Origin: Candidatus Latescibacterota bacterium
GTDB taxonomy: Bacteria > Latescibacterota > UBA2968
Reading direction: 5' to 3'
Assembly: GCA_965222605.1 (NCBI GenBank)
Contig: OZ244960.1
Location: forward strand, 1,536,001 to 1,600,000
DNA: 64,000 nucleotides
In this document: positions 50,726-60,330 of the stretch, piece by piece
Layout of the letters: every line of letters starts with the position of its first letter
Position numbering within the stretch: position 1 is the stretch's first letter
Made by a program: the position numbers and the translations under genes
Notes under the pieces: generated by a model
The model's database searches: none
The model's input: the letters and a program-made list of their open reading frames with translations, nothing else
Told to the model about the DNA's origin: nothing

Positions 50726-53700
50726 ATGCAATACATCGCCGACATACACCTGCATTCGCGTTTTGCCCGCGCAACCAGCAAAACCTTGAACCCCGAAAAT
50801 CTGTATCGGTGGAGCCTCATCAAAGGTCTAAACGTGGTAGGCACTGGAGATTTCACCCATCCCGTATGGTATGAAGAACTGCGCGACCAACTCGAACCAG
50901 CCGAAGAAGGGTTATATCAATTGCGATCAGACCTCAGGCGAGGTATCGACGCCGAGTTGCCGCCAGCCTGCCGCGGACAAATGCGGTTTGTGCTCTCCGT
51001 CGAAATCAGTCTCATCTACAAAAAAAACGACAAAACCAGAAAAATTCATCACGTCGTTTTAATGCCAAATTTTGACGCCGTAGCGCGTTTGAACGCGCGA
51101 CTCGGTGCAATAGGCAATCTGAAATCGGACGGACGCCCCATCCTGGGCCTGGACAGCCGGGACCTGGTGGAAATTTGTCTGGAAGCGTGTGAAGACGTAC
51201 TCTTTATACCCGCACATATCTGGACCCCTCATTTTGCGGTCCTGGGCGCGAGTTCCGGGTTTGACACCCTCGAAGAGTGTTTTGAAGACATGCTACCCCA
51301 CATTTTCGCCGTAGAAACCGGCCTGTCTTCCGACCCACCGATGAATTGGCGGCTATCCATGCTGGACAACTACGCAATCGTCTCCAATTCAGACGCGCAT
51401 TCTCCGCAAAAGCTGGCCCGCGAAGCCACCTGCTTTAATACCGAATTATCCTTCCGCGGAATGTATAACGCATTAAAAGACCGCGACCCAACGCGCTTTA
51501 CGGGCACACTGGAATTTTATCCCGAAGAAGGCAAATATCACTTCGACGGACATCGAAAATGCGATATATGCTGGAAACCCGGACAAACCCTCGACGCAGA
51601 CGGAATCTGCCCGGTATGTGGCCGCAAATTGACCGTTGGTGTATTGCACCGCGTTGAAAAACTCGCAGACCGCGCAGAAGGCGATCGCCCCGACGTGACA
51701 ATGCCCTTTGAAAATCTGATCCCACTGCCAGAAATCATCGGCTCAGTCCTCCAGGTGGGACCTGCGAGCAAACGCGTACAAACCGTGTACGAGCAAATGC
51801 TTGCAACACACGGGGCAGAACTAAAAATATTGCGCCAACTACCCATCGAAGAAATCGCAAAAACCGGAGACCCCCTCATCGCCGAAGGCATTCGACGCAT
51901 GCGCGAAGGAACGGTTCACATCGCCCCGGGATACGATGGCGTGTACGGAAAGATTCAAGTCTTCTCCGACGAAGACCGCGCACTAATAAGCGGCCAGGAA
52001 TCGCTGTTTCACATACCAGCCGCGGAGCCTTCAAAAGAGAAAGCAGAGAACGCGAGCCAGGACAAAAGCACAAAAACCGCGCCGGACAAAGATTCTCCCT
52101 TCACACTTCCTCCTTCTCCCATCTCACTTCACACTTCCCACTTCACACTTCTCACTTCACATCAGCAAGCAGCCGTAACCATGGACAAAGGTCCTATCAT
52201 CGTAACCGCGGGACCAGGCACAGGAAAAACCCGGGTACTCACCCATCGCGTAATCGACCTGATTCAAAATCGCGGCATATCACCCGCTTCTGTAATGGCC
52301 GTAACATTCACCAACCGCGCCGCGGCTGAAATGTGGGAACGCATCGTATCACTATCCTCGGGAGGCGAAGAACTGGTACCCATGCGCGTGGGCACGTTTC
52401 ACCGATTGGCACTGGACCTCTTGCGAGAACACGCCCCCGATCGACTGGGCGCAATTGCCGATCGCGGAGAAGCCCGTGCCGTCTTGCAAGAAGTAATCGC
52501 CGATATCGATACCAAAATACCAGTCGATGACGCGCTCTCCCAAATTTCGCTATGCAAAGCTGAGGGACAGGAACTATCCGATATCGCCCCCCCTGAACTC
52601 CAAACCATATATACAAATTATCAACACCGCCTGACCGCTTATGGACTCATGGACTTTGACGATATCTTGCTCATCCTCCACGATGTACTCTGCGGCGATA
52701 TTCTGCGGGCAGTGCAAGCGCGTTTTTCCCATGTACTCGTCGATGAATTTCAGGATGTCAACGCCGTACAATACGCCCTAATTCAAAAATTAGCCGGAGA
52801 AGGTTCGGGACTATTCGTCATCGGCGACCCCGATCAGGCAATCTACGGTTTTCGAGGCGCGAGCGCGGGATATTTTGCACAATTAAAAGCGGATTTTCCC
52901 GGAGCAAATGAAATAATCTTACAACGCACATTTCGCTCCACCCCTCAGATCATCTCCGCAGCATCCAGCCTGCTTCGCGGACGATCGTACGTTCCCGTGC
53001 GAGAAAACGGCCCAAACCTGAGAGCCTTATCCACACCGGGCGAAATCGGCGAAGGCATCGCCATCGTAGATGAAATCTCCCGAATGGTCGGCGGCGCAGA
53101 CTTATTGCAAGCCAACGAAGAGGGCAAACGCAGCCTGGACGATTTCGCCGTCTTATTCCGCACCGGACGCCAGGCCGACGCCCTGGAAACGTGCTTCTTA
53201 CAGGCCGGAATCCCCTATCGTGTCGTCGGACAGAAAAATTATCTGGAAGCGGCTTCAGTACAGTACGCACTATCGTTTTTTAAGTATGCCTCGCGGGATG
53301 ATATTTCCACAGACGCCCCATCCACCAGCGAAACCCACGCCTTAATCGACCTTCTCTCCATCCCCGCATTTGACCCGGGCCGAGAAGCCCGCGCATCAAT
53401 ACGCCAACAAATTCAAAATAACGCGCTATCAGACACTGTGCAGGAAAAGTTGGACGCCGCGATGGAAGCTGTGAATCGCTTCCGCAATGAAATATCGCAC
53501 CTATCGCCCTCGGAACTCATAGCGAAGTGGACAGACGAATTTGCGACATCAGACGATATCGATATCGAGCGATTGGGCCTTTTGGCCCAAGGCGTGGATT
53601 CCATCGCAGAATTATTGGAAATCGTCACCCTGGGACAGGATGGCGACTTTGTGCGTCGTGGAAAAATTGCGCGTCCCGAAGCCGTCACACTCATGACCTT

Positions 53701-53992
53701 GCATGCGTCTAAGGGCCTGGAGTTCCCCGTGGTATTTATCTGTGGGGTTGAGGAGGGATTGATACCACACGCCGAAGCGGATATCGAAGAAGAAAGGCGG
53801 CTATTTTTTGTCGGCATAACGCGCGGACAAGACGAAGTAATCTTAACCCGCGCCCGAAGCCGCAGACGGTTTGGCGAACGCATCGCACCCGAAATATCGC
53901 GCTTTGTAGCCGACATTCCCGAAGACGTAATCGACTTTGTCGATTTGCGAACCGAAAGACGCAAACCCGCCGAGCAATTATCCCTATTTTAA
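50726..53992 (+). CDS. endonuclease Q (PHP/YqxK-like) fused to UvrD/PcrA-type SF1 helicase
   Basis: ADIHLHSRF, GTGDFTHP, PAHIWTP, SNSDAHS, GKYHFDGHRKC, CPVCG; AGPGTGKT, VDEFQD, GDPDQAIYGFRGA, TLHASKGLEF, EERRLFFVGITR. Confidence 0.9.
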   Translation: MQYIADIHLHSRFARATSKTLNPENLYRWSLIKGLNVVGTGDFTHPVWYEELRDQLEPAEEGLYQLRSDLRRGIDAELPPACRGQMRFVLSVEISLIYKKNDKTRKIHHVVLMPNFDAVARLNARLGAIGNLKSDGRPILGLDSRDLVEICLEACEDVLFIPAHIWTPHFAVLGASSGFDTLEECFEDMLPHIFAVETGLSSDPPMNWRLSMLDNYAIVSNSDAHSPQKLAREATCFNTELSFRGMYNALKDRDPTRFTGTLEFYPEEGKYHFDGHRKCDICWKPGQTLDADGICPVCGRKLTVGVLHRVEKLADRAEGDRPDVTMPFENLIPLPEIIGSVLQVGPASKRVQTVYEQMLATHGAELKILRQLPIEEIAKTGDPLIAEGIRRMREGTVHIAPGYDGVYGKIQVFSDEDRALISGQESLFHIPAAEPSKEKAENASQDKSTKTAPDKDSPFTLPPSPISLHTSHFTLLTSHQQAAVTMDKGPIIVTAGPGTGKTRVLTHRVIDLIQNRGISPASVMAVTFTNRAAAEMWERIVSLSSGGEELVPMRVGTFHRLALDLLREHAPDRLGAIADRGEARAVLQEVIADIDTKIPVDDALSQISLCKAEGQELSDIAPPELQTIYTNYQHRLTAYGLMDFDDILLILHDVLCGDILRAVQARFSHVLVDEFQDVNAVQYALIQKLAGEGSGLFVIGDPDQAIYGFRGASAGYFAQLKADFPGANEIILQRTFRSTPQIISAASSLLRGRSYVPVRENGPNLRALSTPGEIGEGIAIVDEISRMVGGADLLQANEEGKRSLDDFAVLFRTGRQADALETCFLQAGIPYRVVGQKNYLEAASVQYALSFFKYASRDDISTDAPSTSETHALIDLLSIPAFDPGREARASIRQQIQNNALSDTVQEKLDAAMEAVNRFRNEISHLSPSELIAKWTDEFATSDDIDIERLGLLAQGVDSIAELLEIVTLGQDGDFVRRGKIARPEAVTLMTLHASKGLEFPVVFICGVEEGLIPHAEADIEEERRLFFVGITRGQDEVILTRARSRRRFGERIAPEISRFVADIPEDVIDFVDLRTERRKPAEQLSLF
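52097..52159 (+). repeat. nine degenerate 7-bp tandem repeats (CACTTCH) in the interdomain linker
   Basis: cccttca cacttcc tccttct cccatct cacttca cacttcc cacttca cacttct cacttca, 63 bp and frame-preserving. Confidence 0.8.
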
Positions 53993-55291
53993 AATATCGA
54001 GCATCTCGTGTACAGCATTGTGAATGCGGTCTTCTGTATCTGCCACAAACGGACCCGTGCGTTTCCAGTGTTGCTGGTTGAACCAGACCTCGTATCCCCC
54101 TTCTGGAATCTGGCGTTTGACGGGGATATAACCGACAATATCATTTGTATAAGCCGTCACCAGAAGATTGTCAAAATAAGGCGCCAATTCTTTCTTCAAA
54201 CGCAGCCCATGCTCCACGTTCATCTCACCGGCAAGCCCGACAATAGCCAGCGCATTGCCAAAACGCACCGTCTGGATCTCAAACGGAAAGCTGGTAGCGA
54301 CGGGAATATTGTTTTCAACGCTCTCGAACAAATGTCGCGCCCATGCCTGTACATATCCCGGACCTGCGTCCAGGCTGGACTTGACGAGATCCATATCAAT
54401 GGGTTCAGTCTCTATATTCAGCACCGTCTGAGCAATAGAAATCGGACCGCTTATGGGCCGCAGGGCATCCGAGGCGAGTACCCGGGTAACGGATTCACCC
54501 AATTCGGTGCCAATATCGCGGATCTCATCAACCTCCCGCGGTATAAAAGTACCTGACATCGGATCAACGGGCTTCGTCTTCTGATCTCCGGCACAACCCT
54601 GCAAAAAACAAGTCGCGATATCGGGATACATCGCTTCAATATGGTCATATGCAAAACACACGTAATCCCCCCCAATAAGCGTTCCGCTGCGGCTGGTGGG
54701 GTGACAGGCATAAGAAAAAATAACACATCGCAACTCGCCTTCAGGAGATTCGACTGCGATAACCGGAACATCGTGGTCGTGAGGCGCATTCAAAGTGGGT
54801 ATCCACTCTACGCCGCCTTTTCCATCTGGCTTTCGACGAGATACCGCGATATCACAGTTCCCCACACCAAAACTAAGACGCGCGGGAGATCGTGCCTCCC
54901 AGGCTATTTTTGCACAGCGCGCGACTTTTTCAAAGAGATCTTCGAGATAATCGTCGTCCAGTTCCCCATGCCGCTCCCTGTCCATTTCCCGGATACAGGG
55001 ACCGCAATGGGTATGCGAGCCATTGAGAATAATACGCGCCGGATCAATACCCGTAACCGCGTTAATTCTGCTTCTCACCGCTTCCGTGCGTTCGTAAAAA
55101 CCCAAAATCTCGGCACCGACAATAAGCAGCGGCGTCTGACCATCATCTATCGCGACCGCCGTAGCCTTCAGAGGATGATAAACTTCAGTAGAAGGCTCTT
55201 GCCGCGCCGCGAAACCAGCCAGATAAATCCCCACGGGCGGGGTAATATCGACAGTGCTAACGCCGACCTGATAGATATTATTCGATGACAT
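53984..55291 (-). CDS. neutral/alkaline ceramidase-like amidohydrolase
   Basis: VDITPP, GSHTHCGP, YACHPT, QGCAGD, GYIP, EGGYE. Confidence 0.8.
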   Translation of the reverse strand: MSSNNIYQVGVSTVDITPPVGIYLAGFAARQEPSTEVYHPLKATAVAIDDGQTPLLIVGAEILGFYERTEAVRSRINAVTGIDPARIILNGSHTHCGPCIREMDRERHGELDDDYLEDLFEKVARCAKIAWEARSPARLSFGVGNCDIAVSRRKPDGKGGVEWIPTLNAPHDHDVPVIAVESPEGELRCVIFSYACHPTSRSGTLIGGDYVCFAYDHIEAMYPDIATCFLQGCAGDQKTKPVDPMSGTFIPREVDEIRDIGTELGESVTRVLASDALRPISGPISIAQTVLNIETEPIDMDLVKSSLDAGPGYVQAWARHLFESVENNIPVATSFPFEIQTVRFGNALAIVGLAGEMNVEHGLRLKKELAPYFDNLLVTAYTNDIVGYIPVKRQIPEGGYEVWFNQQHWKRTGPFVADTEDRIHNAVHEMLDILK

Positions 55292-55303
55292 GTCATGTAT
55301 TCC

Positions 55304-56458
55304 TTATGAAAATCGCGTAATTTGATAGGCATCAATACCAGTCTCGAGATCTCTCCCCAGAACGAGATCCGCGATAAGTTTGCCGCTATAGGGACCGAGT
55401 TGCAAGCCAGTGGGACCGTGTCCTGTTGCGAGATAAATATTTTGAATACTGGGCACCTGCCCCAACACCGGCAAATGGTCCTCCGTGTAAGGACGCAACC
55501 CAACCCGGATCTCTCGGACCTCTGCCTGCGCCAGACCCGGCGCAACCCGCAGGGCTTCTGCGAGAACCTCGAGCACCCCCGCGGCAGTCGTGCGAGCCTC
55601 AAAACCGGATCCAGTTTCCCGGGTAGCCCCCACAACCACGCGGCCATCCGGCCAGGGAACCATATAATGACCCCGCACAGCACTGATAATGGGCCAGGAC
55701 GACGTATCCGTATCGCCCAAACCCAGATGAATAATCTGACCGCGCTGAGGCTCGACCGGGATATGAACGCCAAGCTGATCCCCGAATGCCTGCGACCATG
55801 CCCCACCCGCGATAACGACTTTACCGGCGGAGATCGTTTCTCCGTCTGTTATAACACCCGTAACCGAATCATCCTGGATACATAGCTGATCAACCCCAGC
55901 GTATTTAACCGCCAGTCCCTTCGCCTCCGCAGCCCTGTGCAAAGCAGCCGATAAAAGCCGACCATCCACGCGAGCGGCATCGCGGTAGTAAATAGCACCG
56001 CGCACATCCCCCAGAGCGGGAAAGCGCCTGCGCGCCTCATCCGATGAAATCTCGTACAGATCTTCCTCAGCCGGTTCACCGCGTTGATCCCGGCGATTGA
56101 AAATATGTTGTCGCGCAATAGCAAAGGATTCTATCTCATCGTACGAAACAGCGACGAGTAGCATACCGCAAGTTGCAAAACCCGTATCCCCATCCTGTTC
56201 CGCCTGCAAATTCTCCACCAATTGCGGATAATATTCAAAAGCAAACGCGGCAAGACGCAGCCAGGGATCCGGATCGCGGGTATTACTGGCGTTGTGCTTC
56301 GCGTGGGTAGCAGGCGAAAGAATACCCGCCCCTGCATCCGTAGCGCGCCCAGCATCCCTCCGGTCAATAAGCAGGGTCTTCGCGCCGTCACACACCAGAT
56401 GATACGCGGTAGAAATCCCGACAATACCGCCGCCGATAACAATAGCGTCATAGGTCAT
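55304..56458 (-). CDS. FAD-dependent oxidoreductase (DadA/ThiO family)
   Basis: IGGGIVG, AGAWS, PQRGQ, GLRP, ATGHG. Confidence 0.92.
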   Translation of the reverse strand: MTYDAIVIGGGIVGISTAYHLVCDGAKTLLIDRRDAGRATDAGAGILSPATHAKHNASNTRDPDPWLRLAAFAFEYYPQLVENLQAEQDGDTGFATCGMLLVAVSYDEIESFAIARQHIFNRRDQRGEPAEEDLYEISSDEARRRFPALGDVRGAIYYRDAARVDGRLLSAALHRAAEAKGLAVKYAGVDQLCIQDDSVTGVITDGETISAGKVVIAGGAWSQAFGDQLGVHIPVEPQRGQIIHLGLGDTDTSSWPIISAVRGHYMVPWPDGRVVVGATRETGSGFEARTTAAGVLEVLAEALRVAPGLAQAEVREIRVGLRPYTEDHLPVLGQVPSIQNIYLATGHGPTGLQLGPYSGKLIADLVLGRDLETGIDAYQITRFS

Positions 56459-56511
56459 TGTGCACTCAAAATCGAAGGCATCTCACGCAAAAACGCAATG
56501 GTAAATTCGCC

Positions 56512-57654
56512 CTATAAGCTGGCATAGAGCAACCCCAGCACGGCGATGATGCCTGTGGAAATAAGGCCCAGTGTAAAGGGTTGAATCCCTCCGGTCTTGA
56601 GGGCGCGAAATTCGGTGATGAGACCGACGCCAGCCATCGCGCAGGTGATGAGCCATTTACCGGCGGTACCCAATAGGACAGCCAGGTTCAGGGTGCGGTC
56701 GCCGCCGCCAAAGATGAAGCGATCGGTCATGTGCAGGGTGATTTCAGGCAAAAATCCGGTGGTTCTCAGAAAGGCCAGACCGAGAAAGAAGATGACAAAC
56801 GTGGGGATCAGTTTGGCGTAGTTGACAGTCTGCCCCACAAAGGCTTCCTGCTTGCGGCGCTGGTGGGCATAGACGGCACTGAAGATAAAGATGGTGGGGC
56901 CGAGCAGAGAAATACGGGTAAGTTTGACAACGGTGGCGATCTCGCCTGCGGTCTGGCCGTTGGTAGAATGGGCAAAGCCAGCGGCGATGACCTGCGGGGT
57001 GGCGTGGATCGCCAGGCCGCACCATTCGCCGTAGATCTCGGGAGAGAGCAGGAGGAACGCGCCCAGGATAGGGAAGAGCAGCATAGCCAGTACGCCGAGC
57101 AGGTTGATGGTGGCAATGGCAATGGCGATGTCTTCTTCTTCGGATTGGATGACGGGTGCAGCGGCAACAATGGCGGAACTACCGCAGATAGCGGTACCGA
57201 TGCCGATGAGCAGGGAAAGCTGGTTTTTGACTTTTACAAATCTGGAGAGATACCGGGTCGTCAGGATGATGAAGGCGATGATGAAAGCAGCGCCGAGCAG
57301 AACGCGCAGGCCCACCTCAAGCAGGTTGTAGAAGTCCAGACCCGCGCCAAGAAGGATGATGCCCAACGGCAGGATTCTTTTGATGACAATATCTACACCG
57401 GGTTTGAGCTGTGCGGATGACGGCACGAGGTTGCGCAAAATGAGGCCCAGGAGCAGGGCGAGCAGGACAGCACTGACAGGGTGCTGGTTGTTGGATAAGG
57501 TAAACGGTGGAAAGGGCGCGTTGTGAAGGTAAAATGCAATCCACGTGAGCGCCGCGCAAACGATGATACCCGGCCAGTGACTGGCCTGATCCCACATGGC
57601 GAGCTTTTTTCGGAACTGCCTTTCAAATGCCTGTTCTCGGCGGTTCAGGTCCAA
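56512..57654 (-). CDS. YeiH/UPF0324 putative sulfate exporter family
   Basis: GIGTAICGSSAIVAAAP, VKLTR, MAGVGL; about 10 TM. Confidence 0.88.
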   Translation of the reverse strand: MDLNRREQAFERQFRKKLAMWDQASHWPGIIVCAALTWIAFYLHNAPFPPFTLSNNQHPVSAVLLALLLGLILRNLVPSSAQLKPGVDIVIKRILPLGIILLGAGLDFYNLLEVGLRVLLGAAFIIAFIILTTRYLSRFVKVKNQLSLLIGIGTAICGSSAIVAAAPVIQSEEEDIAIAIATINLLGVLAMLLFPILGAFLLLSPEIYGEWCGLAIHATPQVIAAGFAHSTNGQTAGEIATVVKLTRISLLGPTIFIFSAVYAHQRRKQEAFVGQTVNYAKLIPTFVIFFLGLAFLRTTGFLPEITLHMTDRFIFGGGDRTLNLAVLLGTAGKWLITCAMAGVGLITEFRALKTGGIQPFTLGLISTGIIAVLGLLYASL

Positions 57655-57685
57655 GGGTCTTGTTCTCCTGCGATTTCTTTCCGGG

Positions 57686-58639
57686 CTATAACAGCACGCC
57701 AGTGTTGTATTCCTTCTCCTGTTTGAAATATTCTTCTACGCTGAAATAGCGTGTCCCGGTGTCGCAGAGAATGGTCACGACGTTCTGATCGGGGGAGAGG
57801 CGTTCGGCAACTTGACGGGCGGCAACCACGGCAGCGCCAGAGGAGATGCCAACCAGAAGGGATTCTTCTCTGGCCAGGGCTTCGGTCATGTTAAAGGCGG
57901 TGCGATCTTCTACGGCGATGACATCGTCGATGATGTCCAGGTTGAGGATGGCGGGTATGAATCCGGCGCCGATGCCCTCGATAGCATGGATGCCGGCAGA
58001 TTTTCCGCTGAGGATGGCAGAGGCAGCTGGTTCGACGGCGACAATCTGGATATTCGGGATTGCATTTTTCAGGACTTCACCCGCGCCGGTAATGGTGCCG
58101 CCAGTGCCTACGCCAGCGACAAAAGCGGCGATATTGCCGTCTGTGGCCTGGAGGATTTCGGGACCGGTGGTTTGACGGTGAATTTCGGGGTTGGCCGGGT
58201 TTTCAAACTGGCGGAGTTCAATGCAGTTGGGGTTTTGTTCGACGATTTCCCTGGCTTTTTTTACAGCACCTGCCATGTCCTGATCGCCGGGAGTAAGGAT
58301 GACTTCTGCGCCGTAGCGGGTGACGAGGGCGCGACGCTCAAAACTCATGGTTTCGGGCATCGTGAGGATGAGGCGGTAGTTGAATCGGGCGCAAATCATT
58401 GCCAGGCCAATGCCGGTATTACCGCTGGTGGCTTCGACAATGGCCATACCGCGTTTTAACCTGTGGGATTTTTCAGCGTCCTGGATCATGCTTAAGGCGA
58501 TGCGGTCCTTAACGCTACCACCGGGGTTGAGGTATTCGAGTTTGCCCAGAATCGTGGCGCCGCCGGGTGGCGAGAGATTGTCCAGACGCATCATCGGGGT
58601 TCTGCCAATGAGTTCGGCGATCTGGTTGCGGATTGCCAT
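57686..58639 (-). CDS. cysK: cysteine synthase A
   Basis: NPGGSVKDRIA (PLP Lys), EATSGNTGIG, QFENPAN, GVGTGGT, GISSGA. Confidence 0.95.
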   Translation of the reverse strand: MAIRNQIAELIGRTPMMRLDNLSPPGGATILGKLEYLNPGGSVKDRIALSMIQDAEKSHRLKRGMAIVEATSGNTGIGLAMICARFNYRLILTMPETMSFERRALVTRYGAEVILTPGDQDMAGAVKKAREIVEQNPNCIELRQFENPANPEIHRQTTGPEILQATDGNIAAFVAGVGTGGTITGAGEVLKNAIPNIQIVAVEPAASAILSGKSAGIHAIEGIGAGFIPAILNLDIIDDVIAVEDRTAFNMTEALAREESLLVGISSGAAVVAARQVAERLSPDQNVVTILCDTGTRYFSVEEYFKQEKEYNTGVLL

Positions 58640-58665
58640 GGAGTTGCTCCTAAAAAACATAAAAA

Positions 58666-58783
58666 CACCACAGAACCACACGAAAAGACGATGGACGGCA
58701 AATACCGTCTTTCTTTAAGTAAGCAACAGGATAGCGAGAAAGCTGGGGGGTGTCAACCCATCTGAAAAGCACCACAGAACCAC
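58666..58783 (-). promoter_or_regulatory. cysK sigma70 promoter flanked by 14-bp direct repeats
   Basis: Minus strand TTGACA(58756-51)-17-TATCCT(58733-28); CACCACAGAACCAC at 58666-79 and 58770-83. Confidence 0.65.
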
Positions 58784-58812
58784 TTAGAAGGGTATTTTGG
58801 GCTGTGAACGGG

Positions 58813-59655
58813 TCATCCCGATAGACCCCATATCTCAGCCGCGGTACCGCCCAGAATGCGTTCTACATCCCCCTCCGTCAAAAAAGAAAGCCCCTCGCGA
58901 ATAAAGCGAAGTTCGTCAGCAAGCGTGGGCCATTTGTGTAAGACCCGGTGATGCCCGGGGTAACCAGTTCCCCAAACCGTGCGCTGTGCAGTAAAAACCT
59001 CCAGCGCTGCCACAATATAGGGATGTACATCTTCGTACGGATGAATTTTTTGCGAACGCCCAGCGACATCCGAGAGTTTAAAAAACACATTGTCAAAACG
59101 CGCCAGATCAAGGATAGGCTGATAATCGGCAAGCGGACGATCTATTTGCGGGTACCCCATATGGTCTAAGATGAGAACAGTATTCGGATACCGCTGAGCA
59201 ATCGCAGCGACCTGGTCGGCATCCTCAGGCCGCAGGTGAAATTGGATCACAGCGTCGAGCGCGGCGATCTCCTCCCACATCGGACCATTCTGTTCGGTAA
59301 GCAGAATCTTTTCATCGAGATAGTACATCGGATGCAGACGAAACCCAACCAGACCGCGCTCCCGAACCCAGTAGCGCACCTGCTCGGCATTGTCGGGATC
59401 CTGGGGATCAACAAGACCATGCCCGACAAACCGATCCGGGTATCGAACAACAGAATCCGCGATATAACCGTTGTCCCAGGTGGACCAACTCGTCTGCACA
59501 AGCACTGTCCAATCCACCCCCTCGGCATCCATCTCGACCAAGAGTTCCTCAGCAGTGCCCGGTTCATCCGGATAGCTATTCCACGTCGGCGCAGTGGGAC
59601 CAATGGGATACTTATCTGAAATTTCCCAGATGTGAACGTGCGTATCGACAATCAT
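58813..59655 (-). CDS. amidohydrolase_2 family metal-dependent hydrolase
   Basis: IVDTHVHIW, GFRL, LDHMG, FKLS, WGT. Confidence 0.9.
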   Translation of the reverse strand: MIVDTHVHIWEISDKYPIGPTAPTWNSYPDEPGTAEELLVEMDAEGVDWTVLVQTSWSTWDNGYIADSVVRYPDRFVGHGLVDPQDPDNAEQVRYWVRERGLVGFRLHPMYYLDEKILLTEQNGPMWEEIAALDAVIQFHLRPEDADQVAAIAQRYPNTVLILDHMGYPQIDRPLADYQPILDLARFDNVFFKLSDVAGRSQKIHPYEDVHPYIVAALEVFTAQRTVWGTGYPGHHRVLHKWPTLADELRFIREGLSFLTEGDVERILGGTAAEIWGLSG

Positions 59656-59695
59656 AAAGAAGTCCTATCTTTTTTATCATCACAGGAGGATGATC

Positions 59696-59902
59696 ATGCA
59701 ACATCAAAACTGGAAATGCCTGAAATGTAACCACACAGATTTTGAAACCGATGAATTTCGAGCAACGGGTGGAATATCGAGATTCTTTGATATTCAAAAC
59801 AAAAAATTTACAACGGTAATATGCTCGCGATGCAACTACACAGAAATCTACCGCGCCGACTCCTCAACCATAGGCAACATATTCGACTTTTTCACGAGCT
59901 AA
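59696..59902 (+). CDS. small zinc-ribbon protein (DUF2082-like)
   Basis: CLKC...ATGG..SRFFDIQNKKF...CSRCNYTEIY...IFDFF; RBS aggagg. Confidence 0.85.
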   Translation: MQHQNWKCLKCNHTDFETDEFRATGGISRFFDIQNKKFTTVICSRCNYTEIYRADSSTIGNIFDFFTS

Positions 59903-60231
59903 ATGGAATGACTCATTTGTAGTTTGTTCTCTCGTGTTTCTATCGAAAATTTAAATCCTAATCCATATAGAATTTTGCCCATCGTGTTGAGTTGCGGATT
60001 TCCATTCTCAGAAAGGGCTTTATAAAGTCCCTCACGGGTCAGGCTAACGCGCTCGGCTAACTTAGACATGCCACCTTGCGCCTCTGCGACATCTCTCACT
60101 GCCAGTAAAAACGCCTCTATATCCCCATTTTGCTCATAATCCTCAAGCGCAACGGAAAGATATATCTTCGCGTCCTCTGGATCGCGTAGTTGCTCAATAT
60201 GATAGTCCTTGAAGTTTCTATAGTTACTCAT
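59899..60231 (-). CDS. addiction module antidote HTH protein (HI1420-like), no toxin adjacent
   Basis: YLSVALE...FLLAVRDVAEAQGGMSKLAERVSLTREGLYKALSENGNP. Confidence 0.88.
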   Translation of the reverse strand: MSNYRNFKDYHIEQLRDPEDAKIYLSVALEDYEQNGDIEAFLLAVRDVAEAQGGMSKLAERVSLTREGLYKALSENGNPQLNTMGKILYGLGFKFSIETRENKLQMSHSI

Positions 60232-60266
60232 TTTTTGACTCTTTTGAATTAGGCTCTGTAAAACAA

Positions 60267-60297
60267 AAGCCCGATAGATAATCGTTCCATCGGGCTT
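60267..60297 (-). terminator. intrinsic terminator after rpn
   Basis: aagcccgat...atcgggctt stem followed by a T-rich run on the minus strand. Confidence 0.6.
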
Positions 60298-60330
60298 ATT
60301 CATATATGTACATAATTCCATATAATCGCG

